A stretch of 64,000 nt of DNA from Lama glama (taxonomy: Eukaryota): positions 84,384,001-84,448,000 of the forward strand of contig CM052817.1 in the NCBI GenBank assembly GCA_028534125.1, read 5' to 3'. The notes beneath the pieces are model-generated. The model saw nothing but the letters and a program-made list of their open reading frames with translations. It was not told the DNA's origin and did no database searches. Made by a program: the position numbers and the translations under genes. This document shows, in pieces, positions 1-13,774 of this stretch (position 1 is its first letter; every line of letters starts with the position of its first letter).

Positions 1-624
1 GACTCTCACTGTCTTGCCAACAAATCATGTATGTGCCAACTTTAGGCTAATGTTTCTGTCATTTTTCTGGAAGTACAATGGAAACTTTTAAAAGGGGGAT
101 TGTTTTTAGTTTCCACAGTATACACCACAGAGCTTTACACACAGGGATTCAATAACCATTTGGAGATTTATGGCTAAAGTTCTATAGGAAACCTAGTAAT
201 TAGAAAATTTTATTCCTTATGTGATCAACAAACAGTTATTGAGGAATCTACCACAAAACATACTTTAGATAAAGATTATTTTTATTTATTTAGATTTATG
301 TATAGTCTACTTCTTTCTCCAAAGGATTTGAAGCGGCTAAGAAAAGGTTATTTTTCAGTTAAGCATTTCCTTCGGTTTCACTTCTGAATGAAGTTTATAA
401 GGTATTAAAGGGTGGAAAGAAAAGTGATTTCACCAGCTTTATCCCCTGAGACTTTCCTGGAGCCTGCCTGTCAGTTCTTTGCAAGTCCTTATTTCCCTGT
501 CAGGATATGTCATTGCAGGGATAAAGGAAAGACCCAGGAGGATGATCCGACTCTGTATTATCTCTGAGAAAATGTCTCTTCATTAGAGAACATAATTGAG
601 AGTTCCCTATATCATTAGTGAATT

Positions 625-815
625 AGGATAAACATAAAATAAGACTTTCCAGAAAGTTTCTCAGTGGTATTACACTTCAAACACTTGCCAAGTAAAGCTA
701 TGTAATCTCTTCACTGGAAATCTTTAAAAACAGAAACATTCTTACCTATCAGGGATGATTTAAGTGTAGCCTGCCAGAAGGTACAGAGATAGAGGACATT
801 TCCAGTTTCTATATG
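625..815 (+). mobile_element. CR1/L3 LINE 3' end relic
   Basis: 'gctatgtaatctcttcactggaaatctttaaaaacag...cagggatg...cctgccagaagg...ttccagtttcta' resembles the CR1/L3 3' terminus. Confidence 0.6.
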
Positions 816-1254
816 ACATTATGGCACTTAAAGAGTATTCTATACTAATTAAAGAATTTAAATGAAACTATATCCAACCTCTCTATAGTTTCTAGCATAT
901 GTTATATGTTATAAAATTTAAGGTAAAATGATCTTCTACCAATTTTAATAGAAGAATGAGGAATTCCTTATAATATCCCTGAGGATTGTTTAGCCCATCA
1001 GCGTCCTAAATCTTTTTTAGTTCACTTATATAATTCATGTATGTGTGTGACAGAAAATCCTAGACATGCCCACAAAATATAATTTAAAAATTTAGTTGTA
1101 AAATATAATTGATTTACTACCTTCTATGTTAGTAAGATTTTACAAAAATAATTTTAGACAAAGTAAATAATGCTATTAAGAAAATATTGGAATCAACACT
1201 GGGAAGTCAACCAATCCTTCAGCTGGAGATGGAAGTAGGGGAAGGGGAGCACCT

Positions 1255-1420
1255 ATGGCAAGGGCTCCTCCTCTGTGGTCCACGGATGGGCTCAGGTATG
1301 TTCACCAACACCCTGAACTATATGCAAGATCTTCTGTGTTTCCCTTGTCTAGGAAGAAGGTCCACAGATTTCCTCAGATTTTTTTAAGACGTCTGAGGAC
1401 TAAGGAAGGATAAGGACTTT
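1255..1420. mobile_element. hAT-Charlie-type MITE relic
   Basis: 'ggtccacggatgggctcagg...ccctgaactatatgcaa...ggtccacagatttcctcagatt' resembles Charlie-family MER elements. Confidence 0.5.
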
Positions 1421-1999
1421 GGGCTTTTTGCCTGGGATATACAATGATTTTTTTTTTTAAGTATGAGCACATTGATTGGAGTGTTTCAGTGCTGAATATC
1501 TTTCTTACACAAACCACATCCATAATGTATCATCTACAATTGTTTCCACTTCCGGCTTCATTAAGGTAGTATAAGAATTTAAAGGTAATTGGCAAGCAAC
1601 CCAAATACAGGGTTATTCTAGATTTTTACAATATTCCCTCTATTCTTTCATAGTTGCTTGTTCAGACTTAATTCAACAGCGAATTCTCCAAAGTATACAA
1701 CTCAGTTTAAAAAGAAACAGTAACTTTCTCTTCTTTGTACTTATACATCACTGGTTTATTTAATTAAATTATATATTTCCAAAACAAGTATAACTGGCAT
1801 AACGTGGCTTGGGAACAATCACACTGATGCTGTAAAACAAGGGACAGAGGACACTAGTGTGAAGCTGACTAGGTAAGGGTGTGTGGAATGCCTTGGGCAC
1901 TGGTCAGCACCACTGCACAGAAACTTCACTGGTTAATGTGGTCCACGATTAAGTGGACATCAGCCAAGAGGGTTTTCCACTGTACCTGAACATGAACAC

Positions 2000-2180
2000 T
2001 ATATCTTATGATTTCTTCAATGTTGCAAAGTAGTTATTATTCTCATCTTCTAGGTAAAGGAATTAAAACTCAGAAAAATTATTTAATGTTGCTAAGGTCA
2101 TGCAGTGATTGAATGAAAAAACTGAGTTCATACCCAGCCTTTTAATCAAAATGTTCTCTCAACTAAATCACATTGCCTCT
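2000..2180 (-). mobile_element. MIR SINE
   Basis: 'ttattattctcatcttctaggtaaaggaattaaaactcagaaaa...aaggtcatgcag' matches the reverse MIR core. Confidence 0.65.
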
Positions 2181-2479
2181 CACCTCAAGCCCAATCAATT
2201 ACAGGTGATGTTAGTAAAGTATATCTGTAGCATTATATAACATCAAGGGCTAAAAGGCAGAATGAAGATTCTCTGGGAAAAAAAGAAACCTTAATCCTCA
2301 GTATGCAGCAAAATGGTCAGTAATCGCAAAGATTGTGACCTCAACTTTGTGTACGGCTTCAAAAGACCTCTACTAAAAAAGAAAATTCATCTTAAGGTTT
2401 TAAATCTCATTCAGTTAACTAAAATCACAAGTTACAGCAGACATATTAGAGCACCTTGGGCACAGTCCCAGGTTCCCTC

Positions 2480-3470
2480 TTTCTCTACCTGCACAGTCCC
2501 CCTAAGTGGTCTCCATTTAGGCCATGAGTGTAAAGGAACACCAATGAGCACCTCAAATGCAACCTGCCCCAAGTGGCAACTACTCCTTCTCTATACCTTC
2601 CCACGTACCCTCCTTCCCAGTAAATGGCGTCATCACCATGTTTCCAGATGCTCAAGTCAAAGCTTATGTGTCATCTGATTCCTGCCATTTCCTCATCCCC
2701 TATATTCGACTTATTACTAATTTCTGCCCTACCTCCTGAATATATTTCATAACTGCCCATTTCTCTCCATCTTCACTGACAATCCTCTGTCCTAAGGCAC
2801 CATCACCTACTGTCTAGAATTCTGTCGTACTCTAACATCTGGTTTCCCTGACTCCATATTTGCCCCTTCTCCAGTCTATTTTCTGCACAATAGCCAAAGT
2901 GGTCTTTTAAAGACCTAAGAATGTTAAAAATTCTCCAGTGATTTCCTACTGCTGCACTTTGGACTTAAATATTTTAACTTAAAATAGTCTTACTTAAAAA
3001 TCTGACTTAAAGTAAGTAAAGATAGCTTACTTAAAAAGCCTACAAGATTTTCATGGCCCGAGCCATGCCTAGTTCCTCAGCCTGACAGCTTTCTCTCTCC
3101 TCACGCACTGTATTTTAATTACACGGGTCTGCTCCGTAACACTTGACTTTGTACTTGCTGTTCTTCTCTCTGCCTGGAATGTTTTCCTGGCTTTTTCATA
3201 GAGCTTGTTTCTATCATTCAGGTCTCAGCTTAAATCTCACCTTTTCTGACTACTTTTTAAAAACTAGTCAAGCCCTTTCAGCTGTCACCCCATACAAGCT
3301 ACTATCGTATCATCTCATTGCTTTTCTTCAAGCCATATGAAACATCTAGAATTATCTTGTTTGTTAGGTTACCTTCTTAATATTTCTCACCCCACACTGG
3401 AATAAAAGCTCTAAAAGAGAAGCTACATTCACAAGGCTTAGAACAGTGCCTGGTACACATAAGGTGGTTT
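2480..3470 (+). mobile_element. L2 LINE 3' fragment
   Basis: Pyrimidine-rich L2 motifs ('tttctctccatcttcactg', 'ctgcctggaatg', 'caggtctcagcttaaat', 'agaacagtgcctggtacaca'). Confidence 0.75.
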
Positions 3471-3834
3471 TTAGCCAACACAAATTTATTTAATTCTGCA
3501 AAATCTGTTAACTATTCGACTCCATAACAACATTTCTAATATCCTATATGTTGCTTTTTCTAAGTTTTTACTACAAACTTGCTATCATATCACAACTAAT
3601 TAGATAATTTGGTGATTACATTTTTAAAGTAGCCATCAAGTGGTATAATAAATCTGGGAGACTATTGGCACAAAAATCAATGTGCTATAGAGCTTTATTT
3701 ATAGAAATCATTCATAGAAAGCTTACTTCAGGTTACTGGAAGAAAGAACTCAAACCTTCAAAAAAATGCATGAATTTTCCTCACAACATCTAATTTTAAG
3801 TGCTGGTCTTAGGGTAAGACTGAAGGAATCACAA

Positions 3835-4790
3835 AGTTCACTCATTCAGTGAACACTGAAGTGAAAGCCTGTTACAGTTCACATACTTGCTAGGTTCTGG
3901 GTAGACGAGGAAGGAAAAGATCCAGTCACCTCCACAGTGAAACTTATGTACTACTAGAAATACTGAAAAGCTACGAGGTTTATAATATAGGTAGTAAATG
4001 CTATACAAAGTTCACAGTGCTACGGGAACCACATGGAGGATTAGGGGATTAGAGCCATCTCTCCAGAGGAAGTAGGTTTTTAAGCTGATATATGAAAGAT
4101 AAATAGAAGTTAGATGGACAAAAACAGGGTAACGAAAAGAAGAGTGTTACAATCAAATCCATGTGTGAAGACCAGGAAATAAGAAGGGATAATAAATTCA
4201 GGAAACTGAAAGAATCTCAGTATGAATGGGACATAGCATATTACTAGGAGGTGGGAGTTGGGGTGAGACAAGCTGGAAACACAAAGAAATATTGATTGGA
4301 TTTTACATGTACAAGGTAATATAGGGAAATATAGGGATATTTTATGTCTTCATAGGAAGTTCAGATGTTACCATCAGTACATTGGGGAGGCAATGAAGTA
4401 TTTTAAGGAGAAGTGGCATGATCAGATTTGAGTATCAGAAAGTCTTGCTGATTACAGCAGGAAAAATAGTAAGTAAACATGACTATAGTAATTAGAGGAT
4501 TACAGCAGTAATCCAGGTGAGCAATACTGATAGCCTAAACTACTGGAAGGAAATGGGTAGATTCAAGAGTTACTCAGGAGGTAGAATTTAGTAATACTGG
4601 ATTTATGGGTATGAGGAGAAGGCAGAGTTCAGGATGACATATGGAGCTTAAGCAACTGGGTAGATATTACTACACATGAAAATGGAAAACACAGGGTGAA
4701 ATAAAGACGTAGGCTGGGTGTGATATGCTGAGTTCAGTTTTGAATATACTGAGTTTGAAGTTCTATGGAAATGTTCAGGAGACAGTTGGA
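3835..4790 (-). mobile_element. L2 LINE fragment
   Basis: 'tcattcagtgaacactg', 'gtaatccaggtgag', 'gagttcagttttgaatatactgagtttgaag' are reverse L2 motifs. Confidence 0.75.
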
Positions 4791-6334
4791 GGTAAAGATT
4801 GTTTCAAAAAGGCCAGCATTAGAAGCTGTTTTGTAACAATAATTAGCCCTTTTCTGTTTGTCTCTGTCATAGAAATAGATAACCTAACCCATGCTGAAAG
4901 AGAAAATTTCTATTCTAATCATACCTCAATTCTCAGTATCACTGATATATATACAACTAAAAAGGTATGGTTACAAGGTTAAGAGCGAAGTTTTCCCTAC
5001 AATGCACTAGTCTCTTTGGAAAATAGCACAAATAGCTTAAATAAAATAAGAGAAGTTACGGTTCCGTAAGGTATGGGATAAGAGTTTGAAATCTGGGCCA
5101 GTATCTTGGGCATTATAATTAATTACTAGCATTGCTTAGATCACTCTGTTATTATTGAGGCACTGTTTAAGTGAAGGATGGGCCTTGTATATTTTGGTTG
5201 ATACACCATAAGGGAAAATTTCCTTGATGCATGAAATCCTTTAGCGATGATTGGAGATTGAATCACATAAACTCTGCTCTATATTATATAAGAGGATTAA
5301 AAACAAAAGGTGTACTATTCGTTTCAGGGAAATGATGGATCCGCCAGCTGCAGCAAACGCTTTCTTCGAAACTCTCTTATGACAAATTAACGTAGCATGT
5401 GCCAGATGTTTTTTTTTTCTGTTGAATTATACTATAATATGCTTCAGTTACTTTTAGTAATTACGCATTTTGTAATCTGCCAGTACCTGCAGCTGCCTCT
5501 CATTCTGTTAATTAAAAAAAAAAAAAAGCCTGAAAAACAAAAAACCTGGGGGAAAAAAGCAGTTATGGCAGCCAAATATTACAGATATACAGCCAAGAAT
5601 AATGTTTTAGAGATTGAAAAAATTCCTTAGGCTTAAATGCTGTGTAATTCATACATACCACTGGACAAGAGAAGAAAATATTATACACTACATTCATTCA
5701 TTTATTCAATACAATTTTACTGAGCAACTATATACCAGGCAAGATGTTAGCTCATGGTTTTGTAGAAAAGATGGATGTAAATGACAGTTTTACTACAATT
5801 CAGTAAGTGTCATAATAAAGAATGAGCAGAATGGTACAGGAGTGCAGGGAAAGGAAAAGATTCAATCTGTCAGGGGATGAAGAATGCCTCAGAGAGAAAA
5901 TGGTATTTGAGTTGGGTCTGGAAGGAAGAACATTTTTTCAGGTGCGGAGTTAGGAAAGAACATCCCTAGAAAGAAACAGCATGAACAAATTACCCCAAGA
6001 AGCATCCTTGATTCCTTTCTTTTCCTTCATATCTCACATCCAATCCATCAGCACCTTCTATTACATCTAACAATGAAAAGACTCCCAACTAATCCACTTT
6101 TCTCTTTCTTCTTTTTCTACAAAGCCACATCATCTCTTAACAAGACTTGCAACAGCCTTCTAGGTCCCTCCTTAGCCTTTTTACTCACTTCCATTTTCCA
6201 CACAGTAGCCAGAATGATCTTTGAAAAATCAGATCAGGTGACTTCTCCTTTCAAAGCTGTCTGTTGGCCTTCATTCACACTTAAAAAACTCTTCAGCCTG
6301 GCTAATAAAACCCTACAAGATCAGGTCCATGTCA

Positions 6335-6685
6335 ACAGCAGAGACAGTGTCCACCAAACATGCCGTGTGCTCCATATACATTTCCTAGGCTCCTATGCAG
6401 TTAGATCAGGTCCATATGCCTAGCTTGGCCGATGAAGATAGACGGAAGTGATGAGCATCACTTCAGAGCTCAGTTAGCTAAGAGTTAGTGTTCTTCCATT
6501 TCTCTTCCCTGTTCCAGTGATCTTGGAAAACCATATGTTCAAGATAATGGAACCTCTACCAGCAGAGCCTTCCTGCCACACTGCTTAGACATGTAACATA
6601 AGCAAGAAGTAAACCTTTCTTGTGTCAAGCCCCTGAGATTTAAGAGTTTGTTTGCTGTGGTGGCTGGCACTACCTAAATCTTACA
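6335..6685 (+). mobile_element. ERVL-MaLR LTR (MLT1J/I-like)
   Basis: 'gcagttaga...ggaagtgatg...cacttc', 'aagaagtaaacctttcttgtgtcaagcccctgagattt'. Confidence 0.7.
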
Positions 6686-6936
6686 CAATTGCCTTCATTT
6701 AGCATACTATTTCTTTTACTTCAAACACACCAGTTAAACTGCTGCCTTGGGGTCTTTGTACTAGTGTTCTCCCTGCTTGAAATGCTCTTTCCCCTGATGT
6801 TTAAATGACAGGATTCTTTCTGTCACCAGATCTCAAGATTCATTTCCTCACAGGATCACCCTTGTCTGCGAGTCTCAGGTATCCATCCATTCATTATCAT
6901 TTGGCTTATTTGAACTTTTGAACATACCTCATTTTA

Positions 6937-7121
6937 TTTTATTTTACTTTTTTTTACATTTTTTATTGATTCATAATCATTTTACAGTGTTGTGTCAAAT
7001 TCCAGTGTTCAGCACAATTTTTCACTCATTCATGGACATATACACACTCATTGTCACATTTTTTTTTCTGTGATTTATCATAACATTTTGTGTATATTTC
7101 CCTGTGCTATACAGTGTAATC
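6937..7121 (-). mobile_element. Young ~185-bp 5'-truncated L1 3' end with 19-bp TSD
   Basis: TSD ttgaacata(c/t)ctcatttta at 6918-6936 and 7122-7140; T-rich tail followed by 'tttattgattcataatcattttacagtgttgtgtcaaatt'. Confidence 0.8.
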
Positions 7122-7659
7122 TTGAACATATCTCATTTTACATGCATATATTTATTTATTCAATAATTTCTCCTTTTCCATCAATATTTTAATATCTTTT
7201 AAAAAGGAGGGGGGGGCCTTTGGCTTTGCTGTATCCTTAATACCCAAAGAACGGTGCTGCTCAATAAACGTGTGATGAGTGAACGGAGTGCAAGGAGTGG
7301 TAAAAGGGCTGGCCTAGCATGCTTGGTTTATTGGGGGTGGTTGTTGAGTGTGGTTGGAACATGTTCTTCATGAGGCAGAGGGAGAGGCAGAGGCAGATTG
7401 ACGATAATCAGGTGGAGGAAAGATTGTAAAAAACCCACAGGCAGCAATAAAACAGAATTCTCTAAGTAGGCAGGGCCAGGACTGTGTTTGCTTTTTAGGA
7501 AAAGAATTCTAAGATCAGTATGAAAGATGGAATAGAATGAGAAAAAACCAACCAAACAAACAAACAAAACCTGACAGCAGAGAAAACAGGGTGATCCAGG
7601 CTATTTTAACAGCTATGGTTAAACATAGGAAAAGCCCTGACCGATGGAAAGGACAAGTA

Positions 7660-8450
7660 CATTACTGCATGTTTACACGTATGCAAGCATTCCTGCAGGA
7701 CAGGTTCTGGTACCTGATATTGCAAAAAGATATGCATAGTTTAAATTTGTTGGATATTGCAACATTACCTTACAAAAAGGATTTGGCCAGTTTATATTGT
7801 CACCAATACTGTATACCCCATTCCTGTTTCCTCTTGTATTTGCAGATGCTGCATGTTAACCATCTTCTCCATTTTTGCCAGTTTGCTTGGCAAAATTGTT
7901 TAAATTTGCATTCAGTGAACAGTGTGGCTAAATTGGGTTGATACGTTTAGAGGAGCTTTGTATTTCTGCTTTTTTGAGCTGTCTGTTCATCTATTATGCT
8001 GTTATTCTTTTTCTTAATTATGGAACTCCATGGATGCTGCATAGTAATCCTTTGTTTTATTTTTGTTATTATCTTTATCTTTGTTTAGCATCTTTTTTTC
8101 ATACAGAATATTAATTTTTATGGTTAAATGAATTAATCAATATTTTCCCTTCTTTCTGCATTTTGGGTTTGTGTTTTGATTAGAAAGACTTTTCCATTCT
8201 AAGATAGTAAAAATAATTTTATTTCTTCCAATATCTTCTTTTTTCTAAGTTAGCTTTTTAATCCATCTGGAATTTACTTTGTGTAATAATAGTAAAAAAT
8301 ATTCCAACTAATAAAATTTTTCCAACATCATTTTTTCACCATTTGAAAAGCCATATTATCATGAACAAAATTTCTAATTTTACATGATTTATTTTTCTGT
8401 GTTCTCTTTAAATTATCAATTCCGGTGCCAATACCACCAAACAGCTTTCT
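7660..8450 (-). mobile_element. Old L1M (L1ME-like) ORF2 3' fragment
   Basis: 'ttttgccagtttg', 'tttaatccatctggaattta', 'gtgccaataccac' are decayed L1 motifs. Confidence 0.65.
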
Positions 8451-9839
8451 CATCTCTTTTTTTCCCTGTAAAAGTTTTAAAATTTAATCTGTAAAAATAA
8501 CAACAATCTCTTACTCAAATAAGATTAGTAGATATATTACAGCTATATATGTTACATGTTAATAAGTAACTTGTAAAATGGTTTCCTCTTGGAAGCTCAA
8601 AATTCTGTGTTGCATACATTTCAAGATAAAGGAGTAACTAAGGGGGAATAATTATAGATTAATAAAATTTTACAAATTAAAATAAACCTCAAACTGAAAG
8701 AAGGTACCACAGCTCAAAGTTTTACAAAGCTTTTTATATTAAGCTTTTTGATACCAAGACAAAAAACTTCTTTCTGTAGGAAGAAGGAATAAATCTTCCT
8801 AGAGAAGGAAGTTTTATTTATTTTGTATTACATTTAATTATGGCCATATTTACTCATGGGTAGATCTAACCACGACTAGTTGTCAGTTGTCAGAAGGAGC
8901 AGAGGTTAACTCCTAAGTTAGTGCTCTTTATCTACAATGCTTTGCTGCCTCCGTCTGTGCTAAAAATATTATATTACTTCTCAACATTATTGAATATGTA
9001 ATCCTTTCATGAAAGTAAATAATCATAATGCAAAATCTTATGAACGTATTTTCTATTGTGAAAGTAAACATTTTAGTTTTGGCATGTCAGAACATGATAA
9101 CCCAATTTTAGTGATGTAGTAGAGGCGTGCCAAAAGTCTTTCTTAATATATTAGAATATATGTCCTTTTTTACCCCTGTGGTTTAAACAATCAACATAGG
9201 CATATCAAGCAAAGGTTAACTATACCCTATGAAAACCATATTTTCCCATGCAAAGTCCTAAATATATACAATGAAAACTTGCTAGAAAATGCTTTCTCAA
9301 ATTTTAATAATTCTATAAAAATTACATAATCAAGACATATTTAACTTGAGCATAATTATTCGTTTTAAAAAAGATGTCTAAAGAAATATGATTAAATCTA
9401 AATATTCAAAGCATGTAAAAATGTGACCTATTTATTTCTGATAATCATTTTACTTTTAAGTAATCTTTTTCAACCTACCACATGTCACAGAAAATGGAGA
9501 CTTCTAAATTTAATGAAAATAGTGCTCTAATCGATGGAACAAAGACCATACCAGATTGTCACTAAAGGAGAGGTGATGGCTGGAAAAATCTGCTTCTTTT
9601 TCTCTGTATTCAAAAAGATTCTTTCCCTATATAGTTACTATACATTTATTAAAAACTGTTACACGGAATTACAATAGCAGAAGGAAAAGCAGTGAATATA
9701 ACACCCATTTAAGCTGAAAAGTATAAGATCATGGCAAGAATTGAAAAAAAAAAAGCTGAAAGTATCTCAAGGACTGGCAATTTGGGGACAGTAGGCAATC
9801 AAAAAACTAAAAAAAATCTGAGTATAGAACATGTCTAAT

Positions 9840-10080
9840 TCTAATAATAATACATATAACGTTTGCAAGATGCTTTATAGTTTACAAGGTACTTTGATAA
9901 TTACACTATTTCAGAAATAACCCTAGCAAACTAAGGTAGTTTTTATTCTTATAGATGATAAAACTGAGGCTTGAGAATGAGAAAGTTGATTTATATATAA
10001 TCACACTTTTGTGGTGCAGACCTTGGACTTGATTCGAGTGTGTTAGCTTTTATATACTCCACTGACTTCTACACTACAAT
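9840..10080 (-). mobile_element. MIR SINE
   Basis: 'tttatagtttacaagg...atagatgataaaactgaggcttgaga'. Confidence 0.7.
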
Positions 10081-11209
10081 CTTCAGTCAGTCACTCATGT
10101 TTAGGAGACAATTTTTAGGTCTTTAAAACTGGTATTTCAATAGTTCATTATTTAAGGCCATTGGTACTAAGCTTATGTTTTTCAATATTTAAAAAGCTGT
10201 CAAATTAGGAGTTATCCATAAAAGATGGAGACTATTTTGGGAAGACATACACAGTCCTCTAGGAAATAAAATGAACATAATGTCTTCAGTTAGGATGATT
10301 TGAAAAGTTCATATTAATTCTGAAACTACTTAATAAGTTTTGAGAACAGTGTAAGTTTATAGCGTGACATACAAATTGACTTTGATATAAATTCAAATTC
10401 ATAGAAATGGTAAAAGGAATAATTAATTCACTAAAAGTGAGATCAAATTGCTAAAAATCCAGTAGCAGAGTAAACCTTCGTTAATACAGCTGTTTACAGT
10501 CTGACTTCCTAGTTAGAATACAATGCCTGACGGCAGGGCAAGGTTCGCTCACTTTCATACTGATGTTAAAGAGCTATGTTAAAAAATACTGGACGATATT
10601 AGAAAAACAATAATCTTACTGATGTTTGGTATCCAGTAATAGTATTATTCTCTTGATTTTTGAATGAAATGTTCTATTTCCTTTATTTCCCTCTTTTATC
10701 TAATAGGTAAAAAAAAAATCACTAAATTACTGGAAACCTGGTAGCTTTAACTTGTTTAGGATTTGGAAGGCTGTTTACCAAATTTTTTTTTTTTTTAAGG
10801 CTGGACAGAAAATGAGTTAGCTTCGAAACTGAAAAAAGTCTGAGGTACACCTATCGTGTTCAAGTGTACAACTGAAGTCAAGATACAAACTGCATGACTA
10901 TTTAGGCTGGGCAAGACCCTGTTACCAAACGCGACCTGCTAAGCATAACTGACCACGGTGTACCAGCTCTGTGCAAAGCCTACATAAATCTACACACTAA
11001 GATTTCACTTAAGTAGGAATGTTCCTTAGAAGGTTGGTTGTTTTGTTTTAAATTGCTTAGTCCATGGATTATTTCTACTTATTGCTCTTTTAGGGCAGAT
11101 AATCAGTTCACGTTGCTTTGTTAGGTATTCTATTTTTATGGAAAACTGTTTTCAGTTGAACATCCAACAAAGACGTAGTATGGCAAAGTGGAAGTGGAAC
11201 CTATGAGAC

Positions 11210-11860
11210 AAATGAAGAGTTTGACCTCATACTGGAGCAGAGGCAGTTTATCTGTTGTTACAGTAGGGTATGCGGGAAGAGATACAAGTAGGAATAAAAA
11301 GGCAATGATGGGAACTGTGGCAGTCCTCTTCCAATTGCTTCTCTTTCCTCGGTGAAATAGGAATTGAAGTTGTCAAATGAAAGTGGTGGTGGGGAGGAGA
11401 TGTAAAAGGTTTCAGGAAAGACAAGAGGGTATGAAATAGTCACCAAGGAGTATACAGACTGACTGTCTGCAGCATAAGGGCCCCTTCTGCGATCACGGAT
11501 TTAAAATGAGACCACCAGCATGGCTGCGTTTTACTCCAGTCACCTTGAGCTGAATGGGTGAAAGGACGAGGAGCAAGGAGTTGGATTTAACCAGGGCTTG
11601 TTTGGAAGACAAGAAAAGGAAGAAGAGAAAGAGGGTCAAGGTCGTTGAGGATTGGTTACCCCTGTTGACCCTTTCTAAAAATGCCCTCCCTCTAAAAACA
11701 TACACACTGCCTATTCCCACTTCTACTTTATTTTTCTTTAGCATGTAATTATTATCTATTATATGTTTAATTCCTCTTGTTTACTGTCTGTTTCCCTATT
11801 AGAATAAAAGCTCCACAAGGGCAGGGGTTTTGTGTTGTGTCCACTGCTATTGTCTTCTTT
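11210..11860. mobile_element. L2 fragments (reverse ORF portion plus a forward 3' end)
   Basis: 'gaaggaattgaagttgtc'-like purine-rich L2 segment; 'agaataaaagctccacaagggcagggg'. Confidence 0.6.
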
Positions 11861-12099
11861 AAAGGTACGAGTCCTTACTGGACAAGAGCAAAGTAGTTAT
11901 CACAGTATTTGCACTCCCCCACTTCCCACCAGTGCCCTGTGGTTTAACAAAGAGAAGTGACTGGCTGGCTTATTACTCAGCAGCTATTTTTCATAGGACT
12001 GCGTGCTTTGGATATAATTTTGATTAAACTGGTAATATTAATTTCTTATTATAATAAATGAACCTTAAAGTGATGAGGATTTCTCTAAAATTTTCTCAA

Positions 12100-12490
12100 G
12101 GAGAAGAGACTAATAAAAAGTGGAAAGCGATAAGAAATGAGATTAGAATACATATAAGGGCTAGATCAGAAAACCCCTGCAGCCAACTTCTTCCTAATTG
12201 CAGTGGGAAGGGATGGGAGAGTGGAAAGAATTAACAAGATTTATATTATAAAAGGTATCTCTGACATAGCATGGAAAACAGATTAGAGGGAAGACAAGCC
12301 TGGGGTTCCAGAAACCAATCAGAAAGCTACCGCAGTAATCTAGGTAGGAAATGAGAATGGCCTGAAACAAGTTAGGGGTAGTGAGTAAAGGCAAAAAGAT
12401 TTGAAAAACACCAAGGAGGCAGGATCAGCCAGACCCAATGACTGACAGAGGTAAGGGAAAGGAGGAAGACAGATTGGAGCCAAGGCAGTC
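12100..12490 (-). mobile_element. L2 fragment
   Basis: 'aaccaatcagaaagctaccgcagtaatctagg...gaatggcctgaa'. Confidence 0.65.
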
Positions 12491-13774
12491 TGCTCTTCTA
12501 AGTCATTCTATGGACGACATACAGGTTGTTTGCAAGATTCCAACTACTGGAAACTAAAGGGCTACTTCCATAGTATCTGAATTTTGGCTAAAAACATCAT
12601 CAAAAACCCCATGAAAAGTAATTTCTGATATTAAAAAGAATTACATTATGGTGGCGTGATGATAGGCAGCAGGACTGATGAGGTGTTTTGACACAGGACT
12701 CATTCCTGTAAACTCCTTTAGATCAGTCATACATGGGGCTACCTATGTGCTTGCTCATAAAGCTGACACTGCATCCTAGAACTCAGGTTCAAGGAGTTCT
12801 TCTTTGGCCTTGTACTGCTGGCTAGCAAAAACTCCCTTTAAAAAACCGTATTTTAATAATTCTCAAATAAATTACCTGTAAACATTTAAAGAATACTTAT
12901 CAAGTGCCTAACACTATGCAATGGATTTTATACTTACATAAATATTTATGCTTACATATGGATTCAACAATTATGTGCCAATAACTGCTGGTGATGCCTG
13001 TGCAATATGTACACAGTTCACAGAGGTTTGTAATATATGATCAATGTCTATTTAGATTTTAGAACAGAAATTCAAGTATGAATTCAATGTGACTTGATAA
13101 ATAATCCTCACCAATTGTTTTGTGTAATATTTTCTCCTCTGGAAGTATGATCTTGATTATGAACAGTATGAATTTTTAAAAAATTAGTTCACTCAATTCT
13201 AGTGCCTACATTCTGAACTATGTATTCCTTTATCATCAACAGTCTTCACAGCAGTTCTTAGAATGAATAACATTTTTAAAAGTCTGTAAGATGAGAAAAA
13301 AGTTTTAACTATAAGGCAGTGGAATAATTATGGGAATTCAAGTTTCTTGGTAATGCAGTCTCTTGAATAGAGACTTTATCATGTTTCACCAAGTTCAAAT
13401 GCATTTCAAAAACTAAAATTCTGCAGAAAGGCTCAAAATTGGAAGGAGTGTTTGGTCTAGGAAAGAAACAATAATTGAAAAAATTCACTAGCTTTCATTC
13501 TTTCATTCATTCAACAAATACGTTCTGAGTATCTAGGGGTACAGTGGAGAGCACAAGACACAAGTTACTTTTTGGAGCTGATATTCTCATATGGAAGAAA
13601 GAAAAAAATGTAAAGAAATAAATATAAAATGCAATTATTGTTGGCGATGAATGCTGTGAAGAAAAACAGAAGTGTATAATGTGATAAAGTAACTTTCTAA
13701 GGGAAGGACCTTGTCTCACTCATCTTTGTGTTTCTAGTATTTAGCAGAGTGCTTAGAAAAGAGTGGTTGGTCAC

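Larger units (their letters stand above)
5690..7630. mobile_element. Cluster of L2 fragments in both orientations, interrupted by an MLT1 LTR and a short L1 tail
   Basis: 'cattcattcatttattcaa', 'cacatccaatccatcagc', 'ttccacacagtagccagaatgatcttt', 'tgctcaataaacgtgtgatgagtgaa'. Confidence 0.65.

Noticed and set aside
1900..1985. Possible Tigger-like terminal repeat (gagggttttccactgta); a similar end occurs at ~32910-32960
   Set aside because: No partner terminus identified; at most small DNA-transposon relics.
2313..7941. ORFs of 116-134 aa at 2313, 6073 and 7537
   Set aside because: They lie across L2/MLT/L1 relics, have no recognisable domain and show no exon structure.
12865..12900. Minus-strand tttacag|gtaatt as a recursive splice site in the long intron
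   Set aside because: Weak polypyrimidine tract and a motif expected by chance in 37 kb; cannot be supported without nascent RNA data.
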